Below are positions 1 through 9,047 of a stretch of DNA of 30,112 bases, piece by piece. The translations under genes were made by a program, and so were the position numbers. The notes under the pieces are model-generated. The model was not told the DNA's origin. It worked only from the letters and a program-made list of their open reading frames with translations, and made no database searches. Origin of the DNA: an uncultured bacterium. GTDB lineage: Bacteria; Fidelibacterota; Marinisomatia; Marinisomatales; UBA1611. The DNA lies in the NCBI GenBank assembly GCA_964399115.1, contig CAYNPR010000001.1, positions 1-30,112 of the forward strand, read 5' to 3'. The first letter of the stretch is position 1. Every line of letters starts with the position of its first letter.

Positions 1-336
1 AATGGTGAATTTAATTTTACTAAAGTTACTCTCCCCGATTTGTCTATAAAACCCCGGCCGGCCATTCCGGAAATGATGACTATATATCCAGCCTACCCGA
101 ATCCGTTCAATCCATCTACCACTATCCGATTCTCGGTTTTGAATACAAAAGAACCTCTGTCCCTACATATTTATGACATTGACGGACGGCTGATTGAGAC
201 ATTATTCAGCGATTACGTTATGCCTGGAGTTCAGGTAGTTCGATGGAATGCAAGACGGCACCCAAGCGGGATATATTTTGCCATGTTTCGATCTGGGGAA
301 TCAATAAGAACATCAAAGCTGATCTTGATGAAATAA
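1..336 (+). CDS. 3' end of a secreted protein with a T9SS type A (Por secretion) C-terminal sorting domain; 5'-truncated by the window
   Basis: Frame 1 is open from base 1 (NGEFNFTKVTLPDLSIKPRP...). It contains AYPNPFNPSTTIRF, LHIYDIDGRLIETL, SGIYFAMF and a terminal KLILMK, the typical CTD signature. TAA at 334-336. Confidence 0.85.
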   Translation, partial: NGEFNFTKVTLPDLSIKPRPAIPEMMTIYPAYPNPFNPSTTIRFSVLNTKEPLSLHIYDIDGRLIETLFSDYVMPGVQVVRWNARRHPSGIYFAMFRSGESIRTSKLILMK

Positions 337-653
337 TGTCAAATCCTCGGTTGACTCATTATGAAGTCGTCAATGAATTATTGCTTCTTCAATGGAGCGA
401 CGATACCGAAAATGCATTACCGTTAAAAGGTTTAAGAAACAACTGCCCCTGTGCTTCCTGTATAGGAGAAAAAGACATTTTCGGGACCGTTTATAAAAGC
501 CCTCCTCAAAAATTGATTGAATCCAGCTATATTCTCAATGGAATTAAGCCTGTTGGATACTATGCACTTCAACCATTTTGGGATGATGGGCATAATTCAG
601 GGATTTACTCCTTTGAACTATTAAGAAAACTTTGCGATGAACTGGACCAATAA
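336..653 (+). CDS. DUF971 / gamma-butyrobetaine hydroxylase-like N-terminal domain protein
   Basis: Motifs LRNNCPCASC, VGYYALQPFWDDGHNSGIYSFELLR. Start moved to ATG 336 (TAATG overlap with the upstream stop); the track's start at 243 overlaps the upstream gene. Confidence 0.85.
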   Translation: MSNPRLTHYEVVNELLLLQWSDDTENALPLKGLRNNCPCASCIGEKDIFGTVYKSPPQKLIESSYILNGIKPVGYYALQPFWDDGHNSGIYSFELLRKLCDELDQ

Positions 654-1629
654 TTTCGTCATCGATAGAAGAAAATTCTTTTTTTTATTGTTGCCTTTTT
701 TCGGGTCAATATTCGCTTCGGAAACACCCATCAGGGAAATCTCCTTGTTTGGCCTAATCACAGATCGAAAGCAGGAAATTTCCGGGATGGACTGGTATGG
801 AGATGATCTTTTCCTTTTACCTGAGAATCTAAACGGACACCTTTTCGTCATCCCAAAATCAGATTTGGCGAAATATCTCGACAATCCAGGTGAAGATCCC
901 ATTTTGTCGCACCAGATCCCATTCAATACACCGAATTACGATCAAACCATATCCGGTTTTGATTCTTTTGAAGCCATCGTATTCAAGGGAAATGACGTAT
1001 TCATTACAATTGAAGTAAAGTTAGAAAAGGCCATGACCGCTTACCTGGTTCGGGGAAACATTGACCCTACCACAAAAACGGTGTCAGTCCCAGAACAGGA
1101 TTTGGTAGAACTAATCCCACCTGCCACAGTACCGAACATATCTTATGAATCCGCCTTGGTTCATAAAGAAAATGTCATTCTCTTCTATGAAGCGAATGGG
1201 CAAAATATTCTTGATGCGCCGGAGCAATACACTTTCTCTCCTTCCACAAAAACTATGGCCACAATTCCATTTCCTTTTTTGGAATATCGTTTAACGGACG
1301 TCACTCGCTTGGATGATAAAAATCGGTTCTGGGGAATAAATTATTTTTGGCCCGGCGATAAAAAATCCATCAACCCCGCTAAGGACAGCTTAACGAAAAA
1401 ATTCCACCAAGGAAAATCACACAGTCAATCGGATGCGGTGGAACGACTGGTGGAATTCGAAATCAGGAAAGGGAAAATCCAATTTTCAGGCAGGGCACCC
1501 ATCCAACTGGTGTTGGATAAGGAAAGATCCAGAAACTGGGAGGCCATCGCCCGCTTAGACGACAAAGGATTCCTGATTGCAACCGATAAACATCCCAGGA
1601 TGATCCTTGGTTTCGTTTCCCAGAAATAA
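637..1629 (+). CDS. Secreted hypothetical protein, probably a beta-propeller (phytase-like/SdiA-regulated-like)
   Basis: 330-aa ORF with an N-terminal hydrophobic signal-like segment and repeated blade-like motifs EISGMDW, GFDSFEAI, SYESAL, RNWEAIARL...FLIATD. Family assignment is by eye. Confidence 0.6.
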   Translation: MNWTNNFVIDRRKFFFLLLPFFGSIFASETPIREISLFGLITDRKQEISGMDWYGDDLFLLPENLNGHLFVIPKSDLAKYLDNPGEDPILSHQIPFNTPNYDQTISGFDSFEAIVFKGNDVFITIEVKLEKAMTAYLVRGNIDPTTKTVSVPEQDLVELIPPATVPNISYESALVHKENVILFYEANGQNILDAPEQYTFSPSTKTMATIPFPFLEYRLTDVTRLDDKNRFWGINYFWPGDKKSINPAKDSLTKKFHQGKSHSQSDAVERLVEFEIRKGKIQFSGRAPIQLVLDKERSRNWEAIARLDDKGFLIATDKHPRMILGFVSQK

Positions 1630-2856
1630 ATGAAGAAATTTTTCCTTCTTTTTCTATCTGCATTATTTCTTTCTTATTCTTTTTGCCAAGAACGGCACGA
1701 ATCTTATGTTCTATTAATCTCATTTGACGGATTCCGGGCGGATTACCTGGATTGGTACGACACTCCAAATATCGACAAATTCACTGAAAACGGGGTGCGC
1801 AACATTGGAATGAAACCATCCTTCGTAACAAAAACCTTCCCGAACCATTACAGCATCGCCACAGGAATGTACGTTGAAAACCACGGTCTTATCGGGAATG
1901 AATTTTATGATCAAAAACTGGATGACTACTATACTCTTCGAGATAGAAATAAGGTGGAAGATCCAAAATTTTACGGTGGGGAACCCATCTGGGCCTCAGC
2001 TGAAAAACAAGGTGTGAAAACAGCATCCTTCTTCTGGGTCGGTTCAGAAGCGCCTATCGGCGGATTATATCCCAGCAAGTGGAAACGCTACGATCATGAC
2101 TTTCCGTTTGGCGGGCGTATTGATTCGGTGGCACACTGGTTTTCTCTTCCCCAACAAGAACGGCCAAGATTATGCCTGCTCTATTTTCACGAACCTGATG
2201 CCACGGGTCATGACTTTGGGCCAAAAAGCACGGAAACGGGAATGATGGTAACTCAAATGGATTCCATTTTTGGTCTTCTTATTGAAAAAATGAGCAACTT
2301 GGATATTTTTCCGCAGTTGAACATAATCGCTGTCTCTGATCACGGTATGGCGGAGATCAGTTCCGATAGAACGGTTGATCTGTCAGAATATACAAATATG
2401 GATGCCATCATTCAGGAAGGCGCCGGCTCCTACGCCATGCTCTACGGTGAAAATGAAACAGCGGTTAAAAAAGCAGTCATCGATTTGAAAAATGCGCCAC
2501 ATATTTCCGTTTTTCTAAAAAATAAGATTCCCGACAGGTTCCATTTTAAAAACAATTATCGGATCAAGGATGCATTGGTTCTGGCCGATGAGGGCTGGTA
2601 CATCAATAATCAGGCCATCAGCACTTCATCCACTGCAGGCGCATATATCCCCACGGGAGGAACCCATGGTTACGACAATGATCTTAAAAGCATGCATGCT
2701 TTATTTGTGGCAAATGGACCTTCATTTAAAAATGGGGTGATTGCCGAACCATTTGAAAACGTTAACGTTTATCCTATGATCGCCCACATTCTTGGCATAG
2801 TGCCCAATCCAGAAATTGATGGAAGGCTGGAAAATACAAGTCACATTCTGAAATAA
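1630..2856 (+). CDS. Ectonucleotide pyrophosphatase/phosphodiesterase (alkaline phosphatase superfamily, NPP type)
   Basis: Signal peptide; LLISFDGFR, catalytic TKTFPNHYSIATG, EPDATGH, VSDHGM and GGTHGYDN metal-ligand motifs. Confidence 0.93.
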   Translation: MKKFFLLFLSALFLSYSFCQERHESYVLLISFDGFRADYLDWYDTPNIDKFTENGVRNIGMKPSFVTKTFPNHYSIATGMYVENHGLIGNEFYDQKLDDYYTLRDRNKVEDPKFYGGEPIWASAEKQGVKTASFFWVGSEAPIGGLYPSKWKRYDHDFPFGGRIDSVAHWFSLPQQERPRLCLLYFHEPDATGHDFGPKSTETGMMVTQMDSIFGLLIEKMSNLDIFPQLNIIAVSDHGMAEISSDRTVDLSEYTNMDAIIQEGAGSYAMLYGENETAVKKAVIDLKNAPHISVFLKNKIPDRFHFKNNYRIKDALVLADEGWYINNQAISTSSTAGAYIPTGGTHGYDNDLKSMHALFVANGPSFKNGVIAEPFENVNVYPMIAHILGIVPNPEIDGRLENTSHILK

Positions 2857-2857
2857 G

Positions 2858-3625
2858 TTATTTTGCTTTCCCCTGGGCGGCAACCACATCCATGGCTGCC
2901 TGGATTGCCTCCTGATCTCCTAGGTAATAATGTTTGATCGGGCGCAATTTTTCATCCAATTCATAAACCAAGGGAACACCAGTGGGAATATTCAATCCTA
3001 CAATGTCATCATCGGACACGCGGTCTAAATATTTAACCAGAGCCCTTAGTGAATTTCCATGGGCGACGATTAAAACACGCTTGCCTTTTTCAATATCCGG
3101 TTTAATTGATTCAAACCAATAAGGTAAAAAGCGGTCAACTGTATCTTTCAAGCATTCCGATGCCGGAAGATCGGCAGGATCCAAATCAGCATATCGTTCA
3201 TCAAACCGGGGATGCCTTTTATCATTCAGATCCAGTTTTGGCGGTGGTGTAGTGTAACTCCGACGCCAAATATGGACCTGTTCATCTCCGTATTCAGCTG
3301 CCGTTTCTGCTTTATTCAACCCCTGGAGTGAACCATAATGTCTTTCATTTAAACGCCAGTTATAATGGATGGAACCATATAGTTTGGCCAGCTCAATGTT
3401 ACTAACTCCCATTTCTTTCAAGCAAATATCCATGGTATCATTTGCCCGTTTTAGAACCGATGTATGAATGACATCAAATTCAAAACCGCTTTCTTTGAGA
3501 AGCTGCCCCGATTGACGAGCCTCCGATTCACCTTTTTTTGTAAGATCAACATCAGTCCAACCCGTGAACCGGTTCTCCAGATTCCACTGGCTTTCACCAT
3601 GGCGCAGCAAAACAAGTTTTTTCAA
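2858..3625 (-). CDS. gpmA: 2,3-bisphosphoglycerate-dependent phosphoglycerate mutase
   Basis: [55 protein letters not shown]; TTG start. Confidence 0.97.
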   Translation of the reverse strand: MKKLVLLRHGESQWNLENRFTGWTDVDLTKKGESEARQSGQLLKESGFEFDVIHTSVLKRANDTMDICLKEMGVSNIELAKLYGSIHYNWRLNERHYGSLQGLNKAETAAEYGDEQVHIWRRSYTTPPPKLDLNDKRHPRFDERYADLDPADLPASECLKDTVDRFLPYWFESIKPDIEKGKRVLIVAHGNSLRALVKYLDRVSDDDIVGLNIPTGVPLVYELDEKLRPIKHYYLGDQEAIQAAMDVVAAQGKAK

Positions 3626-3640
3626 TTAATATTCATCCAA

Positions 3641-3698
3641 TTGAAACATAACAAAAGCCATTTTATAACGATCATATATCTTGACTCAAATTGTAGCA
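3641..3698. promoter_or_regulatory. Candidate divergent sigma70-type promoters between gpmA and the SRAP gene
   Basis: + strand TTGAAA(3641-3646)-N17-TATAAC(3664-3669); - strand extended -10 TG-C-TACAAT (3698-3690). Motif match only. Confidence 0.35.
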
Positions 3699-3753
3699 TG
3701 AAATTCCCAATCTCTTTTTTCAGACAAAAGGAATTTTTTCAGTAGATTTGGTC

Positions 3754-4446
3754 ATGTGCGGACGAAAGACGCTCACCCGTGATATGCAATCCATTATTGA
3801 AGAATTGACTATCGATGAATGGGATGCAGAAGATTATAATCCTAGCTATAATATTGCTCCAAACCAATCATCACTTGTTTTAGTTGGTAAAAAATATTCC
3901 AGAATTGTTAAAACAATGAAATGGGGGTTGATCCCTGCCTGGGGAAAAGACAAATCCATCGGATCGAAGATGATTAATGCACGATCCGAAACATTATTGG
4001 AGAAACCTTCCTTCCAAAATTTAGTCCATCACAATAGATGTGTCGTCATTGCTGATGGTTATTTCGAATGGAAACGGGAAAACAATGGGAATCAACCATT
4101 CTACATTTTTCATCCTGAGCACAAACTGCTCCCCATGGCCGGACTTTGGACAGCCTGGGAATCAAATTATAATGAAACCATCCATTCGTACACCGTAATC
4201 ACAACCACACCGCAAAAGGGAATCTCCCACATTCATAATCGCATGCCCGTCATTTTGAATCCAACTGCAATTGACGAATGGATTTTTTGTGATGACCATC
4301 CACAGCCTCAAGTTATAGACTACTTGAAACCTTATGCTGGAAAACTTTTAACATCGCCAGTATCTACATATGTCAATTCACCAAAAAACAATTCACTGAA
4401 ATGTATCCGTGGAACTGACGATACTTCTACATTAGAATTATTTTAA
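3754..4446 (+). CDS. SOS response-associated peptidase (SRAP/YedK/HMCES family; abasic-site crosslinking protein)
   Basis: N-terminal MCGR (catalytic Cys2, so the start is ATG 3754), SYNIAP, KWGLIP, INARSETL, GYFEW, IHNRMPVIL. Confidence 0.95.
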   Translation: MCGRKTLTRDMQSIIEELTIDEWDAEDYNPSYNIAPNQSSLVLVGKKYSRIVKTMKWGLIPAWGKDKSIGSKMINARSETLLEKPSFQNLVHHNRCVVIADGYFEWKRENNGNQPFYIFHPEHKLLPMAGLWTAWESNYNETIHSYTVITTTPQKGISHIHNRMPVILNPTAIDEWIFCDDHPQPQVIDYLKPYAGKLLTSPVSTYVNSPKNNSLKCIRGTDDTSTLELF

Positions 4447-4474
4447 GTATTACCTAATTGGAGATCTTCGGAAT

Positions 4475-5278
4475 TTAGGAAGCAGATGCTTCAATTGATT
4501 TTTTTGATTCATAATTTAATTCCCAGGCCAGTCTTAATCCCAAAAGCACCAAGTCAGTACGAACATCATGAAAAATGTTTTCAGGTTCAAAAAGCCTGGA
4601 AAAACCTCCCGTAGCTAAAATAATTGGCGTATCTGATTTAAAAAGTTCCTTTGTCATTTGATTTGTAATTTCCTTTACCATCCCTAGCTGTCCAAAATAG
4701 AGACCGGACTGGATGCTGCCTGAAGTGGATCGACCGATAACGTGTTCTCTCCTCAATATTTCAACGGAAGGAAGCTTAGCAGTTTTAAGTGAAAGAGATT
4801 CCATTGATGTTTCTAGTCCCGGGAATATGGCTCCGCCATAATAGATTTTCTCCTTATTAATAGCATCCAGAGTCGTGGCTGTGCCAAAATCAACCACAAT
4901 TATATTTTTTCCTGGGAACAAGTTGACGGCGGCAAGCCCGCCTGCAATACGATCGGCACCAACCTCAAGCGGGTTACGATATCGAATCTGGAGACCTGTT
5001 TTTACACCAGGTCCAAGTTCAAATGGCTCTAACTGAAAATATTTTAAACAAGCATTCCGGAAAGAATGAACCCTGTCCGGGACTACGGAACAAAAACTAA
5101 TGGCCTGGATTTTTTCTGGAGAGATAGCATTTTCCCTTAATGCGCTTCTTAAAAAAGTTCCCATCTCATCGGAAGAACACCTGTAGGCAGATGACTTGCG
5201 GAATTGCAGAACCAGTTCCGCATCTTCATATATTCCGCAAAGTAGTGACGTGTTCCCTATATCAGCAGTTAGGAGCAT
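4475..5278 (-). CDS. coaX: Type III pantothenate kinase
   Basis: MLLTADIGNT, VGADRI, VDFGTATT, GGAIFPG, ATGG. Start set at ATG 5278. Confidence 0.95.
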   Translation of the reverse strand: MLLTADIGNTSLLCGIYEDAELVLQFRKSSAYRCSSDEMGTFLRSALRENAISPEKIQAISFCSVVPDRVHSFRNACLKYFQLEPFELGPGVKTGLQIRYRNPLEVGADRIAGGLAAVNLFPGKNIIVVDFGTATTLDAINKEKIYYGGAIFPGLETSMESLSLKTAKLPSVEILRREHVIGRSTSGSIQSGLYFGQLGMVKEITNQMTKELFKSDTPIILATGGFSRLFEPENIFHDVRTDLVLLGLRLAWELNYESKKSIEASAS

Positions 5279-6483
5279 GAGAAATCCGTACAAATTTTGA
5301 CGAGGGATTGTGCTAGTTCTTCAGATGATTGTGATGAAAAAATCTTTGTTGATTCATTCTCCAATATCTGAAAATTTGTTTGAGCACCATTTTCTCGATC
5401 CGAAACATTATTATGAACCACATAATTTGCATCGGTTTTCTTAAAAAGATTTGCAATTGCACTCAATCGTTCTTTACTATTATGGCTTGAAGTTAATTTA
5501 AAAGGAATGAAACAGGTTTGTTGACCTTGGCACCACGATCTGATCTTTTCTGCAATCTTTGGTGTTGGTTTTAACTTAATGTCCAATGCTTTTCCGGATG
5601 ATTCAATCTTTGTTTTCTGATCAAGTGGTTGACCATTGATCCCAACCACAAAATAATCACCAACAGCCGCCAGATGGATTATAGCTGAAAATTTGTGTTT
5701 CTTCAGTTTCTTTTTCATTCGATTTTTAAGATCGATTACAGTTTCAAAATGCTCAAGAATGCAAGGTTTCTTTGGTAATTTGGCTTGGGATCCGTGAAGG
5801 TAATAAACTTCCCAGTTTTGAGCGTTGAATTGGTCGGCTATCGCTGCTCCAGTTCCACCACTGCTCAAGTTGGTAATATAACGGACTGCGTCAATAGGTT
5901 CTCGTGTTCCACCCGAAGTAATAAGCACTGTCTTTTTAGAAGCGGGATTAAGTTTTTTCAAGATTTCAGCCAGTATTTCATCAGGCTCGAGCATTCGTCC
6001 CCACCCTTCATCCCCGCACGCCAGCGCGCCAGAATCGGTTCCAAGAATTGTTGCACCCCAGTCATTGAGCTTTGCTAAAGAATTTTGAGTGGCTGGGTGA
6101 CCCAACATTTTTGTATTCATGGCCGGAGCTATAAAATAAGGCTTGTCGAAATCATGTGCTAAAAATAAGGCTGTAACTAGGGTTGAACCGTCACCGGCAG
6201 CCATTTTGTTTATTGTATTCGCTGTTGCCGGTGCGCAAATAACAAAATCAGCCCACTTTACAAAGTTGATGTGAGCCATCATATTCCCACTCTCGTATAT
6301 GTCGCCCATAACAGGTCTACCTGTTAAGCCTTCCAATGTGGCATCCCCTATAAAACAAAGAGCCGAGTTTGTAACGACTGTTTGAACTTCATGCCCATCC
6401 TGTACCAACTTGGAAATCAGCTGGGCTGATTTGAATGCGGCAATGGAACCCGTTATTTTGAAAAGAATTTTATAGGACAACAT
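5269..6483 (-). CDS. coaBC: Bifunctional phosphopantothenoylcysteine decarboxylase/synthetase
   Basis: ITGSIAAFK, APATANTINK, APAMN, LACGDEGWGRM (CoaC); LITSGGTREPIDAVRYITN, HLAAVGDY (CoaB). Confidence 0.95.
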   Translation of the reverse strand: MLSYKILFKITGSIAAFKSAQLISKLVQDGHEVQTVVTNSALCFIGDATLEGLTGRPVMGDIYESGNMMAHINFVKWADFVICAPATANTINKMAAGDGSTLVTALFLAHDFDKPYFIAPAMNTKMLGHPATQNSLAKLNDWGATILGTDSGALACGDEGWGRMLEPDEILAEILKKLNPASKKTVLITSGGTREPIDAVRYITNLSSGGTGAAIADQFNAQNWEVYYLHGSQAKLPKKPCILEHFETVIDLKNRMKKKLKKHKFSAIIHLAAVGDYFVVGINGQPLDQKTKIESSGKALDIKLKPTPKIAEKIRSWCQGQQTCFIPFKLTSSHNSKERLSAIANLFKKTDANYVVHNNVSDRENGAQTNFQILENESTKIFSSQSSEELAQSLVKICTDFSCS

Positions 6484-7228
6484 TATCTATGAGTCTCACT
6501 TTCCCAAGTCTTACGGCACCAAATCTTCGACCACTATGTTCTTCAATATACTCAACATGAAACTGTATGCGTTCCAATTCATTCGTTATAACCTCTGGCG
6601 AATTATTTGTTAATAATTGGTGGTAAAACTGATGAGCAATTCCTCTTTCCTGTTTTGAAAGTCTTTCATTCCGCGAGCTGAGCGCAAGTCCATCACTTTC
6701 ACGTATAGTAGGGCACAAAATGATTTTGGTATTCATGAAAAATGCATCTGTCATATTTTTCACAAGTTTGTATTGCTGATAGTCTTTTTCACCCATATAC
6801 ATTCTATGTGGTTTTACTGTATTTATCAGTTTCATCACCACGGTTAAAACACCATCAAAATGTCCTGGCCGCTTCTTACCTTCCATTATTTTGCTGTGAT
6901 CTGTTTCATTGACACGAAAGCGGTACCGATCAGAATACAATTCATCGTAGGTAGGCAACAAACAATAACTCACGCCTGCATTTGTCAGTAATGCCAGATC
7001 CTGTTCCAGGTCTCCAGGGTAGTTTTCATAGTCATTACGATTATTGAACTGAGTTGGATTGACATAAATGCTTACAACTGTAATATCATTTTCATTCTTG
7101 GATTGTCTCACCAACGAAAGGTGACCTTCGTGGATAGCTCCCATGGTAGGTATAAATCCAACTGATTTCCAATTTTTGGTTTTACTTTGAATTTTTTTTA
7201 ATTCAATAAGTTTAGTGATGGATTTCAC
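6470..7228 (-). CDS. panC: Pantoate-beta-alanine ligase (short, 252 aa)
   Basis: PTMGAIHEGH, VSIYVNPTQF, RPGHFDGV, GEKDYQQ, GLALSSRN, terminal RLIDNV. Confidence 0.96.
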   Translation of the reverse strand: MKSITKLIELKKIQSKTKNWKSVGFIPTMGAIHEGHLSLVRQSKNENDITVVSIYVNPTQFNNRNDYENYPGDLEQDLALLTNAGVSYCLLPTYDELYSDRYRFRVNETDHSKIMEGKKRPGHFDGVLTVVMKLINTVKPHRMYMGEKDYQQYKLVKNMTDAFFMNTKIILCPTIRESDGLALSSRNERLSKQERGIAHQFYHQLLTNNSPEVITNELERIQFHVEYIEEHSGRRFGAVRLGKVRLIDNVVL

Positions 7229-7229
7229 T

Positions 7230-8018
7230 TTAATAACTTTCCTGTTTCGATGGAAAATTCTTATTCTTCACATCATCGCAATAACCATTCAAGGCTTCCA
7301 ATATTTTATAATGTGCGTCCAGATAGGTTCGCAAGAATTTTGGCTTAAAACTTGGATTCATACCTAGAAGATCATGCCAAACTAAGATCTGACCGGATGT
7401 GTTCACGCCCGCTCCAATTCCTATAGTTGGTACACTAATTGCGTTCGTAATTATTTTACCCAGTGAAGATGGTACCATTTCTAAAACTATTGAGAAGACT
7501 CCGGCCTGTTCAAGCATCTTAGCGTTCTCAATTAGTTGTGTAGCGGTTTTTTGACCCTTCCCCTGGAGTCTATGACCCCCGAGTTGGTGTACGGATTGAG
7601 GCGTCATCCCCAGATGCCCCATAACAGGTACTCCTGATCTGATAATGTATTCAATGTCTGTAAGTGCATCTCCAGCACCTTCGATCTTTACCGCCTGAGC
7701 TCCGGACTTACAAAACCGATCTACCGTTTCCATTGTAAGAGTCTGCCCTTTGCGGTGAGCCAAAAAAGGCATGTCTGCAATAAGCGGTTTAGATTTTATG
7801 CCACGGTTTACCGCAGCCACATGTAAAGTCATCATATCCACCGTGGCAGGAATAGTCGTTTCGTGGCCATGCATAACCATGGCCAGACTATCTCCCACCA
7901 ACACAGCATCAATATCACTTTTATCCAAAATGCAGGCGGATAGATAATCGTAGCAGGTGATCATGGAAATTTTCTGACCAGATTTATTTTTTTGTTGAAA
8001 AACCTGGAGGTTAATCAT
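7230..8018 (-). CDS. panB: 3-methyl-2-oxobutanoate hydroxymethyltransferase
   Basis: MITCYD, LVGDSLAM, ADMPF, VKIEG, MGHLGMTPQS, IGIGAG, GQILVWHDLLG. Confidence 0.97.
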   Translation of the reverse strand: MINLQVFQQKNKSGQKISMITCYDYLSACILDKSDIDAVLVGDSLAMVMHGHETTIPATVDMMTLHVAAVNRGIKSKPLIADMPFLAHRKGQTLTMETVDRFCKSGAQAVKIEGAGDALTDIEYIIRSGVPVMGHLGMTPQSVHQLGGHRLQGKGQKTATQLIENAKMLEQAGVFSIVLEMVPSSLGKIITNAISVPTIGIGAGVNTSGQILVWHDLLGMNPSFKPKFLRTYLDAHYKILEALNGYCDDVKNKNFPSKQESY

Positions 8019-8731
8019 ACCATGTGCTCCTTCTGAATTACTTTTTCAAAAGCCTGATATAATTCAAGGTAAATACTATTTTCTAGGGCTTTCTTATGTC
8101 CTTTGATAGTCTCACTATCACCGCGGATAATTGGACCTGTAACCTGTGGCGTATTGGAAAGTGCATTATTTATAATTTGACTTAAATAAGGTTTTATAAC
8201 ATAAACAGGCAGATGCCAGATTTTGAATTGTTTTCGAAGTGCAATCCAAATCATGCTCGTAAAATTACCTGCCATGGAACACCATGCATGGTAGAGAGGT
8301 TTTTCGTTTACCGGAATGGAAAATGCGGGATTATTCAATTCAGGAAACAACTCACTAAAGCTGATTTTCTCTTTTTCAGTTATAAAAGGGATGTTTTTGT
8401 ATTCGTCCAGTGTAAGCATTTGCGGTCCAAAGGTCATTAAGGGATGAGCACCCTCTGCCAAATCAGTATGTACAAAGCCGGAAAAATGAATATAATTTTT
8501 ACTGGGAAATTTTTTTTTCAGTGGTTCAATAAATTCTATCAGTGAATCATCAGAGATCGCACACAAAATTTTCTGGCGATCAGCAATAAGAGGCAAAAGA
8601 TCAGTATCATCAGAGCGTTTCCACTGTGTAAATGGAATTGAACAATAATTAAAATAACAACCCAGATGGGTTGCTAAACGGCCACCGCCAATAATAAGGT
8701 AGGATGATTTTTTGTTCGGTACCTGTCTCAT
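8015..8731 (-). CDS. Rossmann-like/DUF2520 protein, probable PanG-type ketopantoate reductase
   Basis: IIGGGRLA nucleotide-binding loop, IHFSG, AHPLMTF, LYHAWCSMAGNF, TGPIIRGD. First gene of the pan operon (ATGA overlap with panB). In Francisella the DUF2520 protein PanG replaces PanE. Confidence 0.75.
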   Translation of the reverse strand: MRQVPNKKSSYLIIGGGRLATHLGCYFNYCSIPFTQWKRSDDTDLLPLIADRQKILCAISDDSLIEFIEPLKKKFPSKNYIHFSGFVHTDLAEGAHPLMTFGPQMLTLDEYKNIPFITEKEKISFSELFPELNNPAFSIPVNEKPLYHAWCSMAGNFTSMIWIALRKQFKIWHLPVYVIKPYLSQIINNALSNTPQVTGPIIRGDSETIKGHKKALENSIYLELYQAFEKVIQKEHMV

Positions 8732-8979
8732 GGATCAAGTCCGTTGTTATTATTCGATTATTGTCGCGTACAGTAAATGTTACGCGCAGGATAATATTAA
8801 GTACTGTAGTGCTAATATTGAAACACAATTATTATTTCTCTGTAAACCTGATTTATGTAAAAATAACCATTTCGATTTGCACATTACTCAGAAGTTTACC
8901 GATAGGATAGAACAGACACTTGCTGTACTCAATTTTGCTAATCTATTTAGTTCAAGTAAATATCAAAGAAATCAATAAA

Positions 8980-9013
8980 GGAGAAGAAAAAGAAAACCCC
9001 CTGATTCTTCTCC
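8980..9013 (-). terminator. Possible intrinsic terminator after the envelope gene cluster
   Basis: Inverted repeat GGAGAAGAA (8980-8988) / TTCTTCTCC (9005-9013) with a 16-nt loop, followed on the - strand by TTTATTGATTTCTTT. Confidence 0.45.
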
Positions 9014-9047
9014 ATTGGATCTGTTTTAATATTTTATATAAAATAAA

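Noticed and set aside
2858-3625. Functional link between BPG-dependent gpmA and the cDPG-synthetase-like gene
   Set aside because: They are 16 kb apart with unrelated operons between, gpmA is ordinary glycolysis, and the COG2403 protein may not act on diphosphoglycerate.
3754-4446. SRAP gene as a marker of a prophage or SOS mutagenesis cassette
   Set aside because: No imuA/imuB/dnaE2, umuCD, phage genes or clear LexA-type palindrome nearby; it is flanked by housekeeping genes.
8712-8978. 88-aa and 68-aa + strand ORFs in the AT-rich gap upstream of the pan operon
   Set aside because: No SD, no recognisable motif (including no PanD-like TY cleavage motif), and they overlap the DUF2520 start. 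Treated as spurious.
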